The translations under genes were made by a program, and so were the position numbers. Below, in pieces: positions 15,765-22,208 of a stretch of 22,208 bases of DNA. The DNA is taken from assembly GCA_043805855.1 (NCBI GenBank), contig JAZDHP010000044.1:1-22208 (forward strand), read 5' to 3'. The DNA comes from Candidatus Micrarchaeota archaeon (lineage in GTDB: Archaea > Micrarchaeota > Micrarchaeia > Norongarragalinales > UBA8480). A model generated the notes under the pieces. The model was not told the origin of the DNA. It ran no database searches and saw nothing but the letters and a program-made list of their open reading frames with translations. The stretch's first letter is position 1. Every line of letters starts with the position of its first letter.

Positions 15765-17147
15765 TTATTTCAAATTTACTCCCTTCAACAACAAACTCGG
15801 TCCACCCATAAACACAGGCATTCCTTGCATTGGTTCGCCTTTACCGCACGACGCGGCGTGGAACTCTAAATTATTTGCAACCCCCGTAATTGCGCTGTAC
15901 AGTTGCGGCGTTGTAATTTCAATAATTGGACTTTTCACCGGCGTTGTGATCGCGCCGTTTTCAATTTTGTACGCTTCGCACCCAACGTACTTTTGGTTAA
16001 AACGCACATCGTCAATATTCCACTCCATAAAGCGACGCAGATAAATTCCATTTTTCGCTTCGCTTATTAGTTCAGCTTCTTTCATTTTGCCAGGTTCGAA
16101 GAAAGTGTTTGACATTCTAATTAGCGGCTCACAGTCAAACGACGCCGTGCGAGCGTTTCCACTACTCTTTTCCTTTAGCACAGCCGCAGTTGTACGGTCA
16201 GAAAGCAGCGCATTTACTTTACCCTTGTCAATTAACTTCTTGGCTTTTGCCTTTACGCCTTCGTCGTCAAATTCAAAATAACCATAACTTCCCCGCAAAG
16301 TCGGATCGTCTATAACTGTAACGCATTCATTGGAAAACTTTGTCCCGCGCATTTCTAATTTTAAAAACGATTCGCCTGCTTGTGCAGCTTCTCTACCGAG
16401 TATACGGTCAGCTTCGTACGGGTGGCCGCAACTCTCGTGCGCAATTATGCCCGCAATTTCAGGAGAAACAACAACATTCGTAGAACCAGTAATACGTTCA
16501 CTTGTGTTATTCGCCGCTTCTATTTCTTTTGCTTCGGTTGCAATTGCGTTTTCTAAATTCCACGTTTTTACAGTTTCAAACCCTGAACACGCACCTTTTT
16601 GCCAGAAACGCTGACTGTGCTCAGTTGTGAATAAATAATGGAAACCAATTCGCGGGAATGAAAATGAAATTTCACTACCTTCAGTGTTGATAAAAACACG
16701 CTCAAGAAACTCTAACTCTAGCGAGAGGAAACGTGAAGAAACTTTTAATTCTGCTAAACTCGCGTCGATAGTTTTTAGTAGTTCAACGCAATTTTCTACT
16801 GAAACACCTTGCACTGGCTGCTTTTGCGTAACTGCGTAGCTACGTTTGTTTACAACTTCTTTTGACAGCGCATTTTGCTCGCCAATTGCAGTTGCGCGTT
16901 TGACAATCTTTGCGGAATTCGCTGCAACTTTTTCCAAATCCGCGAATTTACTAGTTGAACAGAATCCCATTACACCTTTGTTGAAAAAGCGGCACCCGAC
17001 GCCGCTGTGGTCAAAAGCAGCTGCTGATACAAGCGCGCCGTTTTTCATTGCAAAAGTCTTTACAATTCGCTTTTCCAGACGGGCTTCAGCATATTCGCCT
17101 AGTTTTGCAATTGTCCTGAGAATAGAATCTCTAGAGTAAGCTTCCAT
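15765..17147 (-). CDS. tldD: TldD metalloprotease
   Basis: HESCGH metal-binding motif, FDDEGV, RMSNTF and C-terminal CGKGEP. ATG 17147 lies about 20 nt downstream of TTAAATA (ORF track starts at 17156). Confidence 0.95.
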   Translation of the reverse strand: MEAYSRDSILRTIAKLGEYAEARLEKRIVKTFAMKNGALVSAAAFDHSGVGCRFFNKGVMGFCSTSKFADLEKVAANSAKIVKRATAIGEQNALSKEVVNKRSYAVTQKQPVQGVSVENCVELLKTIDASLAELKVSSRFLSLELEFLERVFINTEGSEISFSFPRIGFHYLFTTEHSQRFWQKGACSGFETVKTWNLENAIATEAKEIEAANNTSERITGSTNVVVSPEIAGIIAHESCGHPYEADRILGREAAQAGESFLKLEMRGTKFSNECVTVIDDPTLRGSYGYFEFDDEGVKAKAKKLIDKGKVNALLSDRTTAAVLKEKSSGNARTASFDCEPLIRMSNTFFEPGKMKEAELISEAKNGIYLRRFMEWNIDDVRFNQKYVGCEAYKIENGAITTPVKSPIIEITTPQLYSAITGVANNLEFHAASCGKGEPMQGMPVFMGGPSLLLKGVNLK

Positions 17148-17277
17148 AATAATCAACTAAACGCGCTATTTAATTACCACAACAAGTTTTTTATGCTAGT
17201 TGCATTCTTTTTGTAGGTACTATAAAAAAGCTGTTTCTCTTTTTTTTTTAAGATTCACAGCGAATAGGTGAAAATAA

Positions 17278-17565
17278 ATGAATATATCTGAATTAAGTCC
17301 AGGCACTGGAAACGTTGAAGTACAGGGCGAAATCGTCGAAATTGAAGCTCCACGTGAGTTTAACAAAAACGGCAAGACACTCCGCGTTGCAAACGCAACT
17401 CTCCGCGATGAAAGTGGAACAATAATTTTAGTATTGTGGAACGATGACATTGACAAAGTGCAAGCTGGAAACAATGTAAAAATCACAAACGGATACGTAA
17501 ACGTTTGGAAAGACACACCGCAACTTACACTAGGCAAGTTCGGCAAAATGGAAGTCGTTTCTTAA
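17278..17565 (+). CDS. ssb: Single OB-fold single-stranded DNA-binding protein
   Basis: ISEL...V.G.I...PREF...VANATLRDESGTI.LVLW...NGYV.....QLTLGKFG; SD AGGTGA at 17266-17271. Confidence 0.9.
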   Translation: MNISELSPGTGNVEVQGEIVEIEAPREFNKNGKTLRVANATLRDESGTIILVLWNDDIDKVQAGNNVKITNGYVNVWKDTPQLTLGKFGKMEVVS

Positions 17566-17585
17566 ATTAAAAACTAAGTTCTAAT

Positions 17586-17626
17586 TTTAACTTCCCTTTT
17601 CTTTTTTTATTTTCCTTTTTATTTTT
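17586..17626 (+). terminator. U-rich terminator downstream of ssb
   Basis: Long pyrimidine/T tract between the convergent ssb and membrane-protein genes. Confidence 0.5.
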
Positions 17627-18536
17627 GTCTGGCTTTTATTTTGCTAACTGAACTAACCGCAGATTTAGCTGCTACTTTCACAACTGGCGCCACAGTCGTA
17701 TTTGCTTTTGTTTGTCCAAGCGCCCACACATAGGCTTTTATCGAAACAAAGGTTGAGATGAAAAAAACCGCGGGCGAGTATATTGCGACTAATAGGGCAG
17801 ACAAAGGTTGAATTGGAATGCCAGCGAGGTTGATAAGCGAGTCGCCAATCATTGCAAGCATTTGCGGCAGTGCAAAAACCATGGAAATAATTCCAGTTAC
17901 AATTGCGCACGCTAGTAAAATTATAAATATTTTCAACGCTTTTTTACACGTTAAGTTCCACGAGCCACGCATCGCTCCGACAAGAGACGCTCCCTGTAAG
18001 TAAACATAAGGCGAGAAAGACAAGCGAACTAGGTTACGCACCATAATAACAAGATAAGCAGCTAGACAAACCCCTGCAATTATTCCGAACACAATACTAA
18101 CTGGCAGCGTTGACATTGAAAAGTACGAACCAACGGCAAAGAGAATTCCAACAATTAAAAGCACAAGCCACTTTAGTTCAAAAACCGAGAACAACGCAGA
18201 CAAGATAAAGGCAATTGACAAAATTATTAAATGAATGAAAACCATCGGCGTAAACGGCTTAACGTTTTTCCCATTAACAGCAAGCACGTCGCGCATTATT
18301 TTCATCGACGCGTATTGAAGCGCAACATACGCAACTACAATTACAAAAACAGCTGCAAATGCAACCATTATACCTGTAGCTTGGAAGGTAAATAATTGCG
18401 CAAGACCGGTTGGGTTAATTAAACTAACAATAAAGTATAACGCCGCTAGGAGCGGATAAAGCGACAGTATTTGTTTGTCTTTTATCCAAGTGAATCCAAA
18501 CTTGTTAATTTCAACAACTTCATTTACAAAATCCAT
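17619..18536 (-). CDS. Multi-pass membrane protein of unknown function
   Basis: About 7 TM segments, a SLVGAMRGSWNLT motif and a basic C-terminal tail. ATG 18536 with a GAGGT SD is preferred over 18590. Confidence 0.75.
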   Translation of the reverse strand: MDFVNEVVEINKFGFTWIKDKQILSLYPLLAALYFIVSLINPTGLAQLFTFQATGIMVAFAAVFVIVVAYVALQYASMKIMRDVLAVNGKNVKPFTPMVFIHLIILSIAFILSALFSVFELKWLVLLIVGILFAVGSYFSMSTLPVSIVFGIIAGVCLAAYLVIMVRNLVRLSFSPYVYLQGASLVGAMRGSWNLTCKKALKIFIILLACAIVTGIISMVFALPQMLAMIGDSLINLAGIPIQPLSALLVAIYSPAVFFISTFVSIKAYVWALGQTKANTTVAPVVKVAAKSAVSSVSKIKARQK

Positions 18537-18555
18537 AAGTAATTTACCTCTTTTA

Positions 18556-19407
18556 TCATAAAAGTGCAAGCGCAAGAAAAGCAACAACACCGAACAGCAA
18601 AGCGAAAAGCGTGTAGTTTCTACACTGTTTCAACATTACTACTTCTTGGCTTTTAAGCGCTTTGTAAATCGTTAACAATAATAACAAAACACAAGGCACT
18701 AGGAAAACAAAGTACGTAAGAGAAAAACTGCTTAGTAGCGGCACAATAGACAACGCGATTGCAGCTAAGATGAAAACCGCAGATAGCACAACAGTTGCCT
18801 TTGCGCCGATTAACATTGGAAGAGTAGTTGCACCTATTTTCTTATCGCCTTTGACGTCGCGCAGCGTTATTAACAACTCGCGACCGACCCCAACGAGAAA
18901 CGCAATTGAACAAATTAAAACAACTAATTGCACAACAACTGGAGAAACTGCTAGATTTCCATAGAGAAACGGCGCTGCCATTGACAGCGCGATAAACGCG
19001 TTTCCCAACAACGGGAGTTTCTTCAGAATTGGATCATATGCTATTGAAAGCACAACGTAGACAAGCGCCAGCGCGAACACAAGTAAATTGATAAGATATG
19101 TAAGCGCAAGGCCAACTACGAATAGAACAAACGCAGCATAAAGCGCGTGGCTCTTGGCAATTGCCCCGTTTACAAGTGGACGATCTTTTCTCGCATTCGC
19201 TTTATCGGTTTCGTAGCCAAAATAATCATTCAACGCAAACGCAGCTAGCGTTATCAACGCTGGGCCAAGCGCAGGAAAGAGAAGAGAAAGCGAAAAGCTA
19301 CGTACGACGAGAAGCTGTCCAACAATCACGCCGATAAAAGTAATCAACGCGTGTTCAGTGCGGAACAGCGAATGCCAATTTAAAATTATTTCTGAAAGAT
19401 TTTTCAT
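18556..19407 (-). CDS. UbiA-family prenyltransferase, DGGGP synthase-like
   Basis: NDYFGYETDKAN..DRPL..G, LKKLPLLGN and RE.....RDVKGD...GATTLP; multi-pass membrane protein. Confidence 0.85.
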   Translation of the reverse strand: MKNLSEIILNWHSLFRTEHALITFIGVIVGQLLVVRSFSLSLLFPALGPALITLAAFALNDYFGYETDKANARKDRPLVNGAIAKSHALYAAFVLFVVGLALTYLINLLVFALALVYVVLSIAYDPILKKLPLLGNAFIALSMAAPFLYGNLAVSPVVVQLVVLICSIAFLVGVGRELLITLRDVKGDKKIGATTLPMLIGAKATVVLSAVFILAAIALSIVPLLSSFSLTYFVFLVPCVLLLLLTIYKALKSQEVVMLKQCRNYTLFALLFGVVAFLALALL

Positions 19408-20018
19408 TCTAAGTTAAACCTGTAAATAGATTGGTTCTTTAAACGCTTTACATTTGTAAACCCTGCATTTTTCATACTCCCCGTAGCATGAGAAACGCAC
19501 TGGTCATACCATTCGCCAAATACGCGAATTGGCACCTCTCGAGGTAAAGATAATTGCTTTTGCACTTCACTTGCAACATTATGCGGCGTAGAATCTAACA
19601 CTAACAATCGTCGTCCAAGTTTACTGTGCGCAAATTTAATTAAACTCTCTTGCAGGGAATCTGTTTTATTCGTAACGTTAACTTCGTCTCGTAAAATTAC
19701 TAAAACCGCATGCGGAGTTTTTGAAATGCGCTTTATTTTATTACGATATAACCGATCAATCACTTCTTGTTTTGGAACTACATATTCATTATCTGCAGGC
19801 AACCCCATAGCCAACCTTGGCTTCGCCATTTCTATTGCAATATTCTTTAATCTAGCTCGCGGCTCAACTGCATTAAATTCATGAGTTTCTCTTTTAGCCA
19901 ATGAAACTGCCTCTGGGTATGCAAAATTGCTAGCAATAGCAAAATGTGGGTGCACCAGCACGTGGAGTTCAGTTACTTCGCGCTTTTGCGGTTTTCCATT
20001 TGTCGTCTTTTCCGGCAT
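19404..20018 (-). CDS. Hypothetical protein, possibly isochorismatase/cysteine hydrolase-like fold
   Basis: 204 aa ORF with LHVLVHP and IRVFGEWYDQCV; ATGA overlap with the UbiA-family gene. Confidence 0.6.
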   Translation of the reverse strand: MPEKTTNGKPQKREVTELHVLVHPHFAIASNFAYPEAVSLAKRETHEFNAVEPRARLKNIAIEMAKPRLAMGLPADNEYVVPKQEVIDRLYRNKIKRISKTPHAVLVILRDEVNVTNKTDSLQESLIKFAHSKLGRRLLVLDSTPHNVASEVQKQLSLPREVPIRVFGEWYDQCVSHATGSMKNAGFTNVKRLKNQSIYRFNLE

Positions 20019-20066
20019 GGTAGGATATAAAATTCAAGTGAATAAATAATAGTGACAATAACAGTT

Positions 20067-21173
20067 ATGGCAATTACAAAACCTTTCCAGGAACCACAGG
20101 GCGTTTTTACAAGCGAAGCTGCTCTACTTCCAGATTTTACCCCTGAAGAGCCACTGCACCGCGAGGCGCAGTTAAGTGAAATGGCTGCATCACTAAAACC
20201 TATACTTAATGGCCGCCACGCAGACAATCTTTTTCTCTACGGCCCAACTGGCACTGGTAAAACCACCTGTGCAAGGCACGTTGCGCGGCAGTTAAACGAA
20301 TTTAAGCCAAAGGTGAACTGCGTTTACATTAACTGCTGGCAGCACAATACGCGGCTCGCGATTTTAAGCGAAATTGCAGGTTCAATGAACATTGGCTTCC
20401 CGCGGCGCGGGCTAGCTGCTGATGAAGTGTTTACAAGGGTTATGGAAATTGCAAAAAAGAGCAATTCAGCTAACATAATTATTTTAGATGAATTTGACCA
20501 ACTGTGCGCGAAGAAAGAAGATGGAGTTGTTTACGATTTAACACGAGCTGGTGAGAACAACGGCGCTAATTTTGCGCTGGTGTGCATTTCAAACAACGCT
20601 AATTTACTTGAAACAATCGACGCGCGCATGCGGAGCTCTTTGTCACCGAAAAAGATTAACTTCCCACGTTACACACCAATTGAACTAAAGGCAATCTTAC
20701 GCCAACGCGCACAACTATCTCTCAACCCCGCTGCATGGAGTGAAGATACACTAGCGCTGTGCGCTGGCCACGCTGCAAAACTCGGGGGAGATTGTAGAAT
20801 TGCACTGCGTTGCTTGTGGCGCGCTGCTGCACTTGCCGAGCGAAGCGGGGCGAAAATCACTGAACAACACATTCGCAGCGCGTTTGAAGAAAAAGAAGAG
20901 CAAGAAAGCTGCGCGTTGAATGAAGTTGAACAAAAAATAGTTGAGTTGCTAAAATTAAATGAAAACGCCAGTGGCATACAAAGTGGAAAATTATACGAGC
21001 TCTTGAACAAAGTTACAAGCGAGAGAACCGCGAGAAACGCGTTGAACAACTTAGCGCAGCGAGGTGTTGTGGAAATAGTTGAAGTTGAAGGCAAGGAAAT
21101 CGGCGGCCGGGGAAGAAGCAGAATTGTCAAATTAATGAAAAATGGAAGCTATTTAAATTGGGAAAAGTTCTAG
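20067..21173 (+). CDS. cdc6: Orc1/Cdc6 replication initiator
   Basis: LLPDFTPEEPLHRE, Walker A GPTGTGKT, YINC, Walker B IILDEFD, FPRYT..EL..IL, GDCRIAL and winged-helix GRGRSR. ATG 20067 (ORF track starts at 20052). Confidence 0.96.
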   Translation: MAITKPFQEPQGVFTSEAALLPDFTPEEPLHREAQLSEMAASLKPILNGRHADNLFLYGPTGTGKTTCARHVARQLNEFKPKVNCVYINCWQHNTRLAILSEIAGSMNIGFPRRGLAADEVFTRVMEIAKKSNSANIIILDEFDQLCAKKEDGVVYDLTRAGENNGANFALVCISNNANLLETIDARMRSSLSPKKINFPRYTPIELKAILRQRAQLSLNPAAWSEDTLALCAGHAAKLGGDCRIALRCLWRAAALAERSGAKITEQHIRSAFEEKEEQESCALNEVEQKIVELLKLNENASGIQSGKLYELLNKVTSERTARNALNNLAQRGVVEIVEVEGKEIGGRGRSRIVKLMKNGSYLNWEKF

Positions 21174-21183
21174 ATGGTTAAAC

Positions 21184-21726
21184 ATGGTCGTGGCGCGTAA
21201 ATACATAAGAGAAGCGGCAGTTGGTTTACATGCAGAAGTTAGCTTTGAACCAGTTTCAGATGGAAAGAGACTTGAATTTACTTTTTCACTTACCCAGCGG
21301 CTTGGAAAAAGATCCGCTTTTGAATTTTTCGTTCCCTTGACAGATGCACAAGTGCGAGAAATTGCAACTTATCGCCAGCGAGTGCCTGAAAACCGTGCTC
21401 TTGCACGCGCGGCAGTAACTTTGGATAACGAAACGCGAACTTTAACTTGGCGTTCTTTCTACCCGCATGGTTTAGAAAGGCAAACTGACCTCGAAACAGC
21501 ACACGCGCCAATTAGACGGGGAATCGCAACTGCACTTCACTATGCAATTACAAAGTTTCTTGCGGACAATTACGAACTCCACCACATTAGACACGATAAC
21601 CGCATGCCCCTGGAACGAGAAGAGCATTTACGCAAAATGGGAATCAACCCGCGTGCGCACTATAAAATCACACAATACTACGAAATTGTTAAACGCTACG
21701 CTGAGAGAAAATTAGTTACTTCTTGA
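21184..21726 (+). CDS. Hypothetical protein with a GNAT motif A-like segment
   Basis: IRRGIATAL resembles the acetyl-CoA-binding motif R-x-x-G-x-A, and LRKMG resembles the motif B helix. Starts 10 nt after cdc6. Confidence 0.55.
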   Translation: MVVARKYIREAAVGLHAEVSFEPVSDGKRLEFTFSLTQRLGKRSAFEFFVPLTDAQVREIATYRQRVPENRALARAAVTLDNETRTLTWRSFYPHGLERQTDLETAHAPIRRGIATALHYAITKFLADNYELHHIRHDNRMPLEREEHLRKMGINPRAHYKITQYYEIVKRYAERKLVTS

Positions 21727-22208
21727 AAAACAGTTCAATTACATCTCTATGTTTCAAAGGATGGTCTTTGCCAATTGGCTTCTTTTGCTTAACGTCAACT
21801 GCTTTGATAAACCCCTTACCCATATCAGTATGTAAATGAAACGCGAAGTCCAGCGCAGTTGAACCCGGCGGCAAGAGAAACACGTCGGGAATAATGTTAC
21901 CCTCTGAATCCGCTAGTTTGTTAACGCCGCCTGGAAAAATTGCAATATATTTGAGAAAGTCAAAAACCGCAGCGTTGAGCGTTTTCTGAACTCCAGTTCC
22001 GTTAAATTTAGTCATAACGTTTTGCAATAACGTCATTGCTTTTTTCTGACCTTCGTTTAATTCTTTAAGAATTTCAAAACTAGCGTCACCCGGAATGTAT
22101 TTAATGAAACCATGCTTGCCAGCTTCCTTAAGTGTTATTTCTGCTTCTGCAGAGCACGGTACAACTACATAATTAGGAAACTTTGCAACTATATTTTCAA
22201 TATTCTTA
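21716..22208 (-). CDS. ychF: Archaeal YchF/Obg-family ATPase/GTPase, C-terminal part with TGS domain (5' end outside the window)
   Basis: The frame is open to the window edge: VPCSAEAEITL...YIPGD...GTGVQ...PDVFLLPPGSTALDFAFHLHTDMGKGFIKAVD...LKHRDVI. Confidence 0.93.
   Translation of the reverse strand, partial: KNIENIVAKFPNYVVVPCSAEAEITLKEAGKHGFIKYIPGDASFEILKELNEGQKKAMTLLQNVMTKFNGTGVQKTLNAAVFDFLKYIAIFPGGVNKLADSEGNIIPDVFLLPPGSTALDFAFHLHTDMGKGFIKAVDVKQKKPIGKDHPLKHRDVIELFFKK

Noticed and set aside
20019..20066. Replication origin adjacent to cdc6
   Set aside because: The intergenic gap is only 48 nt and has no ORB repeats.

Overview
Archaeal chromosomal window, most likely from a DPANN lineage such as Micrarchaeota (inferred from gene content, TATA-box promoters and GGTGA/GGAGG Shine-Dalgarno motifs). 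Most genes are housekeeping genes on the minus strand: proteasome beta subunit (partial), SlyD/FKBP, a sequon-rich membrane-anchored protein, the major S-layer protein, oapA/oapB/oapC, PCNA, Sec11 signal peptidase, a COG1340-like coiled-coil protein, a histone-fold protein, an M24 peptidase, TldD/TldE, a UbiA-family prenyltransferase and YchF (partial). A BofA-like protein, SSB, Cdc6/Orc1 and one GNAT-like orphan are on the plus strand. The most notable observations are: (1) a three-gene cassette (nucleotidyltransferase, small helical protein, NDT-like Rossmann protein) that splits the oapABC operon and is followed by tandem hairpins, a candidate undescribed toxin-antitoxin or nucleotide-based defence system; (2) a methyltransferase that matches eukaryotic Bud23/WBSCR22 motif by motif; (3) a histone with an acidic N-terminal tail and a coiled-coil C-terminus, tightly linked to a long coiled-coil gene. 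No rRNA, tRNA, CRISPR array, transposase or integrase was seen. All family assignments come from motif recognition by eye, not from database searches.
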